Source: the human T2T-CHM13v2.0 reference genome, Homo sapiens. Taken from it: a stretch of DNA of 64,000 bases. Where the stretch lies: assembly GCF_009914755.1 (NCBI RefSeq), contig NC_060926.1. The stretch is one strand, 5' to 3'. Below the pieces are notes generated by a model. It was given only the letters and a program-made list of their open reading frames with translations, did not search any database and had not been told where the DNA came from. Shown here in pieces: positions 1 to 14,035 of the stretch. Position 1 is the stretch's first letter. Every line of letters starts with the position of its first letter. The position numbers and the translations under genes were made by a program.

Positions 1-1092
1 CATGGAAAGGCTAAATTAAACTATTTAATATATGCATTACTTCACGTGTTTATTTTTTGTGTTGAGAACACTTATGTACTCTCTTAGCAATTTTCAAGTA
101 CATACACAACATATTGTTATTAACCGTAGTCATGATGTATGATAGATCTCTTGAATTTATTTGTCTTGTATAACAAAATTTTGTGTCTTTGACCAACATC
201 TCTCCAATCCTCCCAACCCCCAGCCTCTGGTAACCTCCACTTTACTGTTTCCTTGAGTTTAACTCTTTTATATTCCACGTAAGTGATATCATGCAGTACT
301 ATTCCAAATGACAGAATTTCCTTTGTTTTTAAAGGCTGAATAGTATCTTATTGTGTATATATACCACATCGTCTTTGTCTTTGTCCAACCAGTGTCTATT
401 TGTCCATTGATGGACACTGGTTGGTTCCATAGCTTGGCTAATGTGAATAGTGCTACAATAAACATGGGAATACAGATATCTCTTTAACATACTGATGTCA
501 TATCCTTAGGATATATACCCACTAGTGGGCTTGCTGGATCATATGGTAGTTCTATTTTTAATTATTCTGAGAAATCTTCATACCATTTTCCATAATGGCT
601 GTATTAATTTACATTCCCACTAATGGCATCAGCATATAAATGTTCCCTCCTCCCTACATACTTCCCAACACTTGTTATCTTTTGTCTTTTTAACAATAGC
701 CATTCTAACAGGTGTGAGGTAATAGTTCATTATGGTTTTAATTTGCATTTTCCTGGTGATTAGTGATATTAAACATTTTTTCGTATACCTATTGACCACT
801 TGTATATCTTCTTTTCAGAAATGTCTACTCAGGTCCTTTGCCCATTTTAAAATCAGGTTATTTGTTTTCTTACTGTTGAGTTGTTTGAGTGCCTTTATAT
901 ATTTTGATTATTATTCCCTTATCAGATGGGTGGTTTGCAAATATTCTCTCCCATTCTGTAGGTTGTCTCTTCTCTCTGTTGATTATTTCCTTTGCTGTGT
1001 AGAAGGTTTTTAGTTTGATGTAATTCCATTTGTCTATTTTTGCTTTTGTTGCCTGTGCTTTTGTGGTCATATCCAAAAAAATCTTTGTCCAG
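1..1092 (-). mobile_element. L1MA-type LINE-1 3' fragment (L1MA9-like), running off the window start
   Basis: Antisense L1 3'UTR and ORF2-end motifs (ctcttagcaattttcaagta; gctggatcatatggtagttctatttt; tgcaaatattctctcccattctgtaggttgtct). Confidence 0.9.
870..1092 (-). pseudogene. Degenerate L1 ORF2p C-terminal coding remnant
   Basis: ORF 870..1145(-) contains [53 protein letters not shown], which I recognise as L1 ORF2p sequence. Confidence 0.9.
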
Positions 1093-1214
1093 CTGTGTTG
1101 TGGAGCTTTATACCCTTGTCTCTGAGATACATTAAATGAACACACAGAGGAGCAGTTTGCACAATCTGAATGTAAACAGTGAAATCAGTCAGGAGAAATA
1201 AGTATCCTCAAGGC

Positions 1215-1333
1215 TGGCAGTGTGGCCAAGTGGGAGGAGTGCTGAAATACATGGAAATCTGGGTTCTGTTCCTTGTTTTGCACTGGTTAGCCATGTGATC
1301 TTGAACAAGTCACATAGCTTTTCTGGGCTTTAG
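1215..1333 (+). mobile_element. MIR fragment
   Basis: MIR core-like: ctgggttctg...agccatgtgatcttgaacaagtcacatagcttttctgggctt. Confidence 0.7.
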
Positions 1334-1358
1334 CCCAGTCTTAGTGTTTTCACTAGAC

Positions 1359-1744
1359 CAGCAGTGGCAAACATACATGCCCACAGGGACCATATGGAAA
1401 ATACATGTGAATAAAAAGGCCTGGGAAGGAAACACAACAATGAAACAGGCAACAAAACCCCAGCTTTAATATGAGACTAAGGGCTATAGGGAATGGTGGG
1501 GTCTGTGGCAGAGCACAGCTCATTCATAGGGGGAATTCCACTGAAACTGAACACAACCCTTATGTGGCCACATCTGATTTTTCTTTTAAAGAGAAGCCAG
1601 AAAATCCAGATTTTTATGTGAAATGTATTAGTTGTTAAATATTGGGTGAAACAATAAACTCTATGTAGACCAACACTCTGTGAACAAAATGACATTTTTT
1701 TCCTGGGCTGAATTCAGCTTGGGGTTGCTAATTTGCAACCTCTA
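1359..1744. mobile_element. MER102-like hAT-Charlie element
   Basis: Contains aagagaagccagaaaatccagatttttatgtgaaat and the terminal atttgcaacctcta. The same family occurs at 24678 and 59240. Confidence 0.7.
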
Positions 1745-1829
1745 GACAAGATGAACTGAGAAATATGTTTTAGGTACAGAATGCTGTGGCTCTGTGAGTT
1801 TAAGGCGAATGTCTCCTTGAAGTCGCACC

Positions 1830-2066
1830 ATCTTAGAGTTGGAAGAGGTCTTAGCAGGTGTCTGATTTGTCTCTCAGACACCTCTCACACCATCCCTGAC
1901 ATTTGTTGTTTAACCTCTGGTAGCTGTTCCACAGGATGGACTTTTCTGCTGCAGGAATGGACTCTGCTGCAGGAAGCTCTTTCTTGCATTGGGAAGAAAC
2001 CCCTTGGCCAACAACTTCTCTTATTGATCCTAATTCTGTCAACTGGGGCAATACAGAATACATCTT
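1830..2066 (-). mobile_element. CR1/L3-like LINE remnant
   Basis: Motifs ttagagttggaagaggtcttag and ttgatcctaattctgtcaactggggcaatacagaatacatct. Confidence 0.45.
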
Positions 2067-3389
2067 TGGTCTCTTGGGGCTTTAGATGTGGACAGGCCTG
2101 CTCCTATTTCCCTCACACAAGCCCAAGAGCACTTTCCTGGGGACAGTCAGGACTTGGAAAGGTCTTAGAACCCAGAACCTTGGGTGAGCTACAGAAAGTT
2201 TCCTAAATGAGAATTCAAACAAAATCCCTTCCACCATTACTTCATGCCATGGGGGAACACAACTTTGGGTTATTTCTGATGGAGCCAAATTTCCCTCACT
2301 TGGGGGAAAGGGGAGGAAGCTGGGCAGTGTGGATGGCAGATTCACAGCTAGCCTGTTGGGAGGCATGAGGGAAGCTGGGCTGCACATGCCCCCTTCTGAG
2401 GGTCACCACTGGTGGATCTTTGTTCTCTAGGACGAGTCAAACTGGGGGAGTCTTTTTGTCTCAGAAAGGTAGCTCTGTGACTGTGTCCACCTCTCACCTC
2501 AAGTATAACCTTAGAACACTTCCTCCCCACACAGGACAGAGCCTGGAATCACTTTCTCCTACTCAGCATCTTCCCATGCTCTTGCATACAGTAGCAGAGA
2601 TGAGGGTTTTTCCAGCTGGAGGGAGGTGGGTGAAGTTTCTGCCACCTGTGACTGCACACGTGTAGTTCAGGGACTGCACGGGAGCCAGTGTCCAGACAGG
2701 GGGAGCGGAGTCTTTCAGAGAAGTGGAGGGGCTCAGCTTCTGTTCAGAGCTATTCTGTGGGGGGTGAAATACTTCTTTCTAAATGTGACTCTGCATTATA
2801 GTGGAGTCTTCATGACATATTACGGGGATAATCTTTCAGATGCTTTGTGATTCGACCCATAAGGCCAGAACAGGGAAATTAACTAGGTGTAATAAATAAT
2901 ATAGAATCTGGTGAATATTTAGGGTCTGGTAATGATGATAAATCAGGTTTGAAATGTTCCTTGAGGAGATGGTGAGATTCTGAGAAATGAAGCCAGGAAG
3001 ATTGATTAGAACCTATTGCTGCTCAGAAAATCTACTGCAAAAAATACAGAGAGGTATTGCTAGGCTAATAGGAAAGGTGAATACAAATCCACCTTGGCCT
3101 CTAAAAACCAAATGGGTGTAATCAACAAATGTCATTGCTCTTATGGGCTAATGCATAGGAGAGCAAAAGACACCTCAAAGCACTGGAGAGTTTGATCTGT
3201 AATAGCAAAGAAAGAACACATCAAGCTTTCTATATGGTCATCATTACAATGAAGCCTCATTTATTTACTTATTAATTTGTTAGTTCATTTATTTATCTGT
3301 CCAATTTCAAGGAATGACCCCTATTGAAGAAATAAAGATTATTTTCTTAAGAGTTTGTGTCACTAAAATCTGTTCTTAGGGGCCACATA

Positions 3390-3975
3390 CAACAAGTCCT
3401 TAAATAATGTCGTTTGGTTCAATGTCATTTTGTTATAACATTGAGGAGAAAAAAGATCAATTCTAGGCGGAGTCACTGTCTGTGTGGAGTTGGCATGCTT
3501 TCCCCATGTCTGCATGGGTTTTCTCTGGGGACTCCAGTTTCCTCTCACATCGCAAAGCTGTGCATCCCCAAGCTACATGATACTGGCATGATTGAGTGTG
3601 GGTGTGTGTGAGTGCGTCTTGGGATGGAACACTGTCCTGCCCAGGGCTGGTTTCTGCCTGACATCCTGAGCTGCTGGGATAGGCTCCAACCATCCATAAC
3701 TCTGAACTGGAATAAATGGGTCAATAATTATCTTACCTGTTTTTATTAATCTATCTTTAAGTATATATAGTTCCCATTTATTTCATTGTTTAATATGAGA
3801 AGTGTTTTGGTCTTTGGAAGTTGGGTGGTGTTTTTGTGACCAGAAATATGCTGTAGGAACTTAACTCTTGTTTAATATTAATTAGCCTATGGGAAAATTG
3901 GTTTCTTTAAACATTGTTTCACTTAAAGTTGCAGTTTCCAAGAACCTACATATGATGGTCAGTGAGAACTTACTG
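3390..3975 (+). mobile_element. MER82 (TcMar-Tigger) non-autonomous DNA transposon
   Basis: Termini caacaagtccttaaataatgtcgtt ... gtcagtgagaacttactg are flanked by TA (3388-89, 3976-77). Internal gtcactgtctgtgtggagttggcatgctttccccatgtctgc matches the family. Confidence 0.85.
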
Positions 3976-4299
3976 TACTTGTTTCTCAGCATCTGGTGTG
4001 AAGATTCATATCTTACATTTGATACCGAAGCTATACTGAGTGGGGGGATTATGTTAAATGCTGATAAGTCATCCCTTTCCTTACAAATCTGTCCAACTTG
4101 ATTGATGAACTTAACAGTAATGTAAAATATAAAATCTTTTGGAAATTATCTGGGAAGAGGGTAGCTTTAATTCTGTGGTATTAAAAAAAGAGGGAGAAAA
4201 GCCTTGAGCATTTGTGAATAGAGGAGGAAGCATAAAGAATGAAAATGTGGGGAGAAAGCTGTAGTTAATTATCAGTGGACCAGGGGTAAATTTGTGATA

Positions 4300-4492
4300 G
4301 AGCAGAGAGAAGATAGGCTTTGGGCTCAGATTGACCTGGGTCCACAATGAGCTGTGTGACCCTGGGCAAATTACTTGACTCCTCTGAGCCTCAGTTTCTG
4401 CCTGGGCAAAATGGAGAGATTATGCTTTATCTTGGGAGAATTGAAGGAGATTATGTGTGTCAGTGCCTAGTACTGAGTATGACACATGGTGG
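4300..4492 (+). mobile_element. MIR
   Basis: Core gagctgtgtgaccctgggcaaattacttgactcctctgagcctcagtttc. Confidence 0.9.
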
Positions 4493-4539
4493 CTCCCTTC
4501 TCCCCACCTGGTGGCCTTCTAAATCTCCACATTCATCTC

Positions 4540-5095
4540 TGTGGTGGTTCATTTTATATGCCAATTTGGCTGGGTTATGGGATTCCTAGACATTTAGTTA
4601 AATATTATTTTCTGTGTATCTGTGAGGCTGTTTGGATGATTAACATTTAAATCAGTCAATTGAGTAAAGCAGATTGCCGTCCCTAATGTGGTGGCCTCCT
4701 CCATCAGTTGAAGGCCTGAATAGAACAAAAAGAATGACCCTGCACCATGTCAAAGAATTCTTCCTGTTTGACAACCTTCAAACTGGGATGTCGGCTTTTT
4801 TCCTGCCTTTGGACTCAAACCAAAACATCTCTTCCTGGGCCTGGAGTACTGGCCTTTGGACTAGGATATAAACCATTGACTCGCTGGGGTCTCCAGCTTG
4901 CTGACTCACCCTGCAGATCTTGGCAGTTGTCAGTCTTTATAATTATGTGGGCCAATTCTTTATAGTAAATTTTTCTCTCTTTCTACATATATATGACATA
5001 TATGAGATTTATAAGTATATCATATTTATAAATATACACACACACATATATAAGTGTATCCTATTGGTTCTGTTTCCCTGGAGAACTCTAATACA
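4540..5095 (+). mobile_element. MLT2 (ERVL) solo LTR with internal TA/CA-rich tract
   Basis: TG...CA termini (tgtggtggttcattttatatgccaatttggctgg ... cctattggttctgtttccctggagaactctaataca). Confidence 0.85.
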
Positions 5096-6379
5096 ACCTT
5101 GTTCAGTCCCTTAAACATAATGAGCTTTATTATTTGTTGGTTAATACACAGAGCCAGGGAGTCAGAGAGCATACTCCAAAATCTAGATGACAGACAGGCA
5201 ACCTTAACACTGCTGTCTCATCTCTTCATTTGGAACCTAGGGCCTTTTGTGGGAGCTCGGTGGAGCAGCATGCTGCAGGGAAGGTGTACAGTGCGAGACA
5301 GACTCTTCACTCTTCTCCCACGCATGTGCACACATGGGCACCGCATGCCAGGCAGAGCTGGGTTTGTGTGTGTTCCAGCATCTTCCCTTTATTCTTTCCC
5401 CCTCCCAAAGTGAAGAGAGCTGATGGTGGCAAACCGGGTTCCAAATTAAAAACCAGAAACTTAAGAAATTTTTCTCTCTTCCTCCTTTTCTTAATGTGAA
5501 GTATGAATTAGAAATGCCAATTCTGTGTAAATTATCTGATTAAACATGACATCCGTGTGCTCAATGGTTAGACTTGCCAAGAAACGCGAGGCAAGCTGGT
5601 AATGGTTTTCCTAATTTACTCGAGGATAAATAGTGCAGGAAGCTCATCAGATAGGTCTGCAGATAGATTTGAATGAATTAGATCCTCAGTGCTTTGGAAG
5701 TGGTGATGAAGGAGGAAAAATATTGCTACGAAACTGGTTTAACTGCTAAAGAAATCTGGAGCTGCAAAAAGCCACGTTAAAAATCACATCACAGATTTGT
5801 CTTCAGCCAAAAAAGGAAATGGAGAGTTAAAGAAAAACTTCCCTCTCAGACTTGGTTCTATTAATCAGCTTCCATACTGGGCAGTCTGTTTAAAGATTGG
5901 CCCATTAAGGCTATTGTGCACTAATGAGACCCTTCCCCAATGGGCCATCCTGGTGTGTGGCTGCACTGTTTGACAGGAAGTGGATTATCATAAGAAGGAG
6001 TCTCATAGATGAACAGTGGTATGTCACCACAAGAGTTTCTAAAAATATGCCTGCTGTCTTCAATTGGCTGCAAATTACCAGCAGTTGAAGGCATCGGGGG
6101 TATTTTATGACAGATAAATATGCAGTTAAGAAGGCTGCTATTCCTGAAAGGGGATGGAATGGACAACTACCTTTGGAATGTGTTTTGTTTTCAAACACTT
6201 CCCTGATTAAATCACCAGATTGCAGCCCTGGAATCTTTCTACTGGTTACTTCTTTGAGGTGTAAAGGTGTGAAACCATGATCACCCATGAATGTCTGAGT
6301 ACAAATTCATTGATTAGCTCTGTCATCAGCTGGGTCCTGAGGGAATGGTGTGAATGGGAGACCATCACAGTATCTCATT

Positions 6380-6490
6380 ATCTTCCCTCTCTTTTCTATT
6401 CCTTTCTTCTCTTCCTTCCTTTCTTCTCTTTCTTCCTTTCTTCCCTCCCTCCCTCCCTTCCTCCCTTCCTCCCTTTTTTCCTTTCCTTCT
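6380..6490. repeat. CT-rich low-complexity / (CCTT)n-like tract
   Basis: Near-pure polypyrimidine run, seen directly. Confidence 0.9.
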
Positions 6491-6581
6491 ACAAATATGA
6501 GTCAAGCAATGTTCTAGGCTCTAGTATAGCAGTGAACACCAAAGAAAAAACCACTGCCCTTGTGTTACGGTGCTTGCCATC

Positions 6582-6584
<3 letters not shown>

Positions 6585-6628
<44 letters not shown>
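6585..6628. repeat. (TG)22 microsatellite
   Basis: Perfect TG dinucleotide run. Confidence 0.97.
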
Positions 6629-6631
<3 letters not shown>

Positions 6632-7074
6632 GGGGAGACAGACACCAAAACAAATACGTATTTTTTGTTTATGTACACATAACTGTATATGTACGTGCCA
6701 GTTTTTTTGTCATTTAAAAGCTTATTCTGTGATCAATCAGATATTAGAAGACTAAGCTGAGGCATTTAAGGCCCCAAAGATTTTCCCAGAACTCCCCACT
6801 ATCTCAAAGAGTGGTAAAAGGGCACAAACAACTACAAATTATCTGTTGTTTGTTCTCCAAATTTATTGCCCTGGGAGACCTCTGAGGAGGAGAGTAAGAT
6901 GGCAGGCTGGAGGACATGAGACGGTTGTTATTTCAAATTCGAAAATACTCCTGAAGAACTGAAGGACCCCCTAAAGGACAAATAGGTCTTTAATGTCAAA
7001 AACCTTCTAAGGTTTGGTTCAGGGCAGGTTGGTCCTGGAGGCCACTTGAGGCTCATACTCACCTTGATTTAGGT

Positions 7075-7866
7075 CAGTGGTTCTCAAGGTGTCTAAGGTA
7101 AGGTCTGCTCATCTGCCTGTCACCTAGAGGGTTAATTACCTGTTGCTGTGGAAATTTGAGTCACCTGGTGTCTTTATTTCATGTTGCTGTGTAATAAATT
7201 TCCACAAACTTAGCAGCTTTAAACAACACACATCTGTTATTGCAGTGTTCGTGGATGAGGAGCCTGGGCGCAGCTCAGGGGGGTCCTCTGCTTAGTTCCT
7301 TACAAGGCTGTGACTGATGAGAGGCTGCCTGGCCTGCATTCTCTTCTAATCGTTAGGCTGTGGAAAGATCCACTTCCAAGTTCTCTCAGGTTGCTGACAG
7401 AATTCGCATCCTTGGGATTGTCCAGTGAGGGTCATGACTTTTTGCTAGCTGAATGCGGGAGGCTGCCTCAGCTACCAAAGACTGCCTGCAGTTCCTAGAG
7501 GCCACCTGTAGTTCCTGACACATGGGCTTTTCCAGCATGGCCTTTTAGTTCATCAAACCAGCAAGGAGGACCTCTTGAGCAAGGGTCTTCTAGTAAATGG
7601 AGTCTTACATACCATAACCTAATCACAGGAGGGATACTCTATCACCTTTGCCATATTCTATTGGTTAGAAGCGAGCCACAGGTCCCATCTGGGAGTTATA
7701 CCAAAGTGTGAATAACAGAAAGGGAGTCTGCTTTGTTTGTCATAAATGCAAGTTCCTAGGCTCACTCTGGACTGACTAAATCAGTGTTTCTGGGGTGGGG
7801 CCCAGGAACCTGCATTTACTCAACTCCGCAAGTGCTTTCTTGTGCACATTATGGTTGGAAAAGCTG
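7075..7866. mobile_element. MER5-like hAT MITE split in two (7075-7168 and 7734-7866) by an MLT1 LTR
   Basis: Starts cagtggttctcaaggtgt. The second half contains aaatcagtgtttctggggtggggcccaggaacctgcattt. Confidence 0.6.
7169..7733 (-). mobile_element. MLT1E-like MaLR solo LTR
   Basis: aataaatttccacaaacttagcagctttaaacaacac ... cacctttgccatattctattggttagaagcgagccacagg. Confidence 0.85.
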
Positions 7867-8130
7867 AGGGAAAACATGGACTTGGGATAGCTTCAAATTC
7901 CACTAAGCAATGTGGGATACCTGGTGTTCCTTCCTGCTAGTTCTTCTGAGGGGCTCCCAAGGCAGTTGTAGTGCTGACCGGAGGCCACGTGGGGATGGAT
8001 CTGTGAAGCCATCTTGACAGATAGCTCAGCACCTGAGGGATGGGAGTGCATTCACAGCTCATCTGTGTGGAGTCAGTTCAATGCTTAGTGACCATTTAAA
8101 AATACGGCCTGTCTGAGAATGTGGTCTCTA

Positions 8131-8824
8131 AATTCCATATCCCTGGGCATTTAAAAACCTGTACATGAATATGTTTATAGCAGCCTTATTCATGATAGTT
8201 GAAACTGGAAACAGATGCCCTTCAATAGTAAGGAGTTAAACTATGACACATCCGTAGCATAGAATACTGCTCAGCAATAAAAAAGAACTATCAATACACC
8301 AATAAACTATTGATATACACAGCAACTTGGACAAATAGCTAGGAAAGTCTTCTGAGAAAACACAGCCAATCCTGAGAAGTTACTCTATTACTCCACTTAT
8401 ACAACATTTAGAAATGACAAATGTTAGAAATGGTAGACAGGTTTAGTGGTTGCCAGAGGTTAGCGACAAAGTGGAAGGGGTGGTGAGAGGGAGATGGGTG
8501 AGATCATAAAAGGGCAATGCCAGGGATTCTTGGTGTTGGAACTGAACTGTTAATTACTATGATTGTGGACATGTGAACCTACACAGGTGGTAAAATTGTA
8601 TAGAACTTAATCTGCATACAAATGAGTACAAATGAACTGGGAAATCTGAAAAAGATTGGTACATTGTATGAATGTCTATATCCTGGTTGTGATAGTACAG
8701 TAGAGTTTTGCAAAATGTTACCATTGGGGGAAACTGAGAAAAGTATACAAGGGATCTTTCTGTATTATTTCTTACAACTGAATGTGAATCTATAGTTATC
8801 TCAAAAAAATTTTAATGAAAAAAA
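8131..8824 (+). mobile_element. L1MC-type LINE-1 3' end
   Basis: atgtttatagcagccttattcatgatag; aaatgttaccattgggggaaactgag...ttcttacaactgaatgtgaatctatagttatctcaaaa. Confidence 0.85.
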
Positions 8825-9329
8825 TAGGGCCTGGACTTGCCCTCATTTTTGCTGGCCCTTGCCCATCTGGAGTAGGTAGTTGTTAAAATTTACCTTTTCT
8901 ATCTTCCTGTACAACCACCCCCTCCGGGGGGAGGAGTTCTCAGCTTTAGATCAGTTCTCTCCTTTTTCTACAGAAATTGTTCTCCTCAGGTGACTGCCAT
9001 TCTTGGGTGAGAGCTTTGGCCACAGAAAACTCAGAAGTCTGAGAAATGAAATTTCTTGGGTTGGGGTTAAGTGGAACCTTGCCTCTTCTTATCTCAGGGC
9101 CATAGCCTGCAGCTTCAAAAAAACAAGAGAAAAAGCGTGACTCCAAAGCCACACCCCTTGCATAGCTTTCTCTCAGCATCCACTGAAGAATTAGTATGTT
9201 GTACCCATCTCAAGATAGACTCACTCCCTATAGCCTCATTCCACCATGTGACGCCGAGGTTAGTGGCATAGTTATCTGTCTCCCTAGTTACATCAGGAAA
9301 TTGTGGATTGGCACTCTGTCCCATTCCTC

Positions 9330-9385
9330 TCTGTACCCCTTAGCACACAATGGTGTTCAATAAATGTCTGTTGAATGAATGAATG
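9330..9385 (+). mobile_element. L2 3' terminus
   Basis: gttcaataaatgtctgttgaatgaatgaatg tail. Confidence 0.7.
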
Positions 9386-11489
9386 TTGAACCTGACTTCA
9401 TTACTGTTTAGTTCCACTGGAGGGAGGAGAGGGGCAGACACAGTGGTTCTTTAGGAGACATGCTATGTGGATATTCTTGTCAAGATTTATTTCTCAAGGC
9501 TGGAATCAGTGTCAACACGATATTTTTTTTTTTTTCCCTTTGATTTGCATTTCAGGAGTAAGTTCCTGCTGAGCAATTCTAAAAGAATGGTTAAGAGGAA
9601 TTTTGGGCCAGGGACTTGAAGAGGGGAGTTTTCTTAGCCTTTGAAAGCTGTCCCTTCTGATTTCTGAATATTTGGAAAAGAGTTCTATAAGAAAAATTGA
9701 AGTAAAGGATTGGGCCCTGTGTGGCTGACAGCCTCACCATTCTCCTCAGGCCGACTGTCTGCACCCCTCCTCTGAGCTGTTTCCAGGGAACTGACTCATC
9801 CAAGATGTTTTGCAAATTCTTCTTGATTGATAGGTTGAAGCAGCACCCCATCTTCTCAGCATCTCTGTAAGGCCAGCTCTGCATGCAACAAATTGCTTCC
9901 TTCCTTCAAAATTTTGAAACTTTCACTTCATGAATTCTTGAATAAAACGTCTTCAGCCGAGTGAAGAATAACAGCAGAAATATCAACCAGCCTGTTGACA
10001 AGGAAAGAGGGTTGCGTTTGGGGTCTCTAAGGATGCATGCTCCAAACGTCAAAGTTTAGGTCTCTGGCCCAATCATCCTAATATCTGTGAGCACTAGCCT
10101 ACTCAGGCAGTTGCACTATGTTTTTTTGTTTTGTTGTGTTTTGTTTTTGTTTTTGTTTCGCCTTAGTGGGACAGTAATTCTCCAGCTGGCAGCTTTATGT
10201 GATTAGAAGTGGAGAGGCAGGAGGACTTGCCCCTTATTACTCCTCCGGTGTTTGGGTAAAATGACGTCTCTCCTCCCTTCTCACTGTGCTTCTCCTTGCA
10301 TTGCTTCAGGGTGCAGGCCTGTGGGTTTCCTTACCTTGATGGCCACTAGGACTGATGGTGCCCTGGGCTGTCTGGTTGGTCATCGGGAGCAAACTCTACT
10401 GTAAAAGGTACCCGTGCATGGGGGCACATACTTGTTCACCTTCTGGATTTATGTAGGTGAGTTCCTTAATGGAGAATATGCAATGTTATTGTGGGACAGT
10501 GATGATGATGGTGCCTCTAGGTGAGGTGTTAGGAACCAAAAGTACCAGATAACCATAGTGAGCAGTTGCTAGACTGTAGATCCCAGTGGGGTGGGAGAAG
10601 GAAAGGAGGCTGCCTAGAGTTGCTGTAGGAGATCTGTAAGGAAACATTATAGGTCAAATCAACACTATGCTAGACCTATGTGTATAAGTCATGTAAAATC
10701 CTAGCATCCAGAATAACGGGGATAGGAATTTCAGGACTTGGCAGTCTCTTTTGAAAATGCCGAAGGGTAGATGTGGGGTGGGTGGCAAGCATATTTGGTC
10801 GGAAAATCTTTCTCTTCGCTCTCTGTAAATTCCCACAGGCTTTCTCTGACACCTTGCCTGGAGATGATCTCTCTCCACCAGCCTCTGCTGACCGGCTTAT
10901 TATTGTGTGCATCAACTCAGCCTCTCTCACTTCTTTGGACTGAGTCAGCTCTGCCGCCCGCTGCTTAGTCCTGACTAGGAATTTGCCAGAGGAGAGCACA
11001 GGCCTGGACCAGTAGGTTAGAGTCCTTGCTCTCTGGAGGGGCCGTGGTTTGGGGATGTCAGAGAGAAGGAGGAAAGATTGAATGCCATATAATTTAAAAC
11101 ATTTTCTTTTATCCCTGATACATGCTTAGCTCTATCTCAAGTGTGTGTAGAGTACTGTTATGATTTACATAATATAAAGCTATTTAGAGGGTCACTGAAT
11201 TTATAGAAACTTTTCATCATTTACATTTTTCTAATCAATAGATATTAAAAGGACAAGTACTATCAAGTAGGAGTGTGTGAAATTTTTAGGTATTATTATA
11301 ACAGTTTTCTTATTCTTAAAGGAGGTGGGGAAGCTATAGGTTGAAAGCTGCCACTTTTATTTTTTTGGAATAACTTTCTGAAGTGTTACTTGTGCTTTTA
11401 AAAATGTTTTGAACGTTAGCTTTTTTTTCTGACTTAGTGAAACCAATTTGAGGGTAAATTGTGTCACTCTGTGGTATACTTGTAACATG

Positions 11490-12612
<1,123 letters not shown>

Positions 12613-13889
12613 AAGTCTAATTGAAACAAGTTCTAGTTTTTATTTTTAGGTCTCAGAGAAATGAAGCAGAGGACATACGTTATAGAATCGGCTATGCCTC
12701 TTATCGATGCTTTTATTTTTCTTTCTTAAGAATATGTTTTAAAGGTGTCTATAAGATTAGAAGATGAGAATGCTGTAGACACAGGCTTTGGCTATCTCAG
12801 GTGAGGGGAGCAAGGGTTCTGAGAAGGTGGTGGTAATGGTTGGTCAGATGGCCAAGTGCAGGAGGGCCAGTGCCAATTTAACCGAGGATTGTTGGGGGCA
12901 TGTTTCTTTCTAATATATTTCCCTTTTCTGCTAAACTTGAGGCTGGGCGCTATGTCTCAGTTATTGACCTATCCTTATTCCTTTCCAGAGTGGTAGTGAA
13001 AATTTTAGGCACTTAATGCAATATCAACTTGATAAATAATTAAATTTTAATGAATTGGCATCAACTTTTTGTATGAGTGATGTAGTTAAGGCTTTAACAA
13101 ATGGTTAATGCAGTGAGTAGGCTGTTCTAAACAAATCCTTAGTCTTGAAGACCAAACAGCCACTATTAGGTGTGGAGAACATTATGCCAGATAAATATGT
13201 CATCTTCATTATGGTTCGGCACGGGGCTGTTTTTAGATGGAGTCACTGTACCTGCTTTTCAGCCTCATGAATCCCCATTATGATCTCCCTGGTTATAACA
13301 AACACACATAATGCTAAAGATACTACTTTCTTAGGGACAGCGTTACAGCATGGAGACACAAGATTACTTGTAAATGAGGAGACAAAAGAAGCTTCAATAA
13401 AATTACTTCCTATCAAGCGTAATAAACCTGTACAATAAGTTATTAAGTACCTTTAAGGCAGCTCACATTAATGATCCATCGAGACAACTACATGAGATTT
13501 TAAGTAAAATAGAAAAAGAGAATACAGATGAATGTAAAGAAAAGAGGAGAATGGAAAATGAAGAAAACAAAGAGAAGCAGGTATGATGGAAATTGCCCTG
13601 CCATCCTGAAGCAATGGTGAAAGCAAATCTAATGAGTTTCTCTGCTTTCAGTTTTAAAAATAAGACACATTTCTCAAATATGAAATGCAGTCCATTATCT
13701 GTCAGTAGTGTTCTGAGTTGTCTTCAGGCAGCAAATATATGCCATAAAATAAACTTCAAACTCCCCACTCCTCCTTTTGAGGGGTGGCACAAATTTAGCC
13801 TGCTTGGAAAATTGGTTATTGATGACAGTTTTTATAGTCTAACTAGAGAAATTCATTGATGGATGTGATATGATGTGATGTGTGTGTGT

Positions 13890-14035
13890 GGCAGTTCATA
13901 GATTTTATGATGAAAACTTTTAACATCTCTGAAACCAAGGTGTGTGTATCAGGGTTTAATTAGTAGCATTTTTTTCTTGATGAATTACAAAATTGTGTAG
14001 AATATTATAATCAGCCATGTCTTATATTGTAAATT
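13890..14035. mobile_element. MER104-like Tc2 MITE remnant
   Basis: ttttaacatctctgaaacc...gtttaattagtagcatttttttctt resembles the recalled MER104 consensus. Confidence 0.5.

Noticed and set aside
1936-1974. Short tandem duplication atggact(ttt)ctgctgcagga; similar ones at 37142-71 and ~62913-62953
   Set aside because: Ordinary slippage-type micro-duplications.
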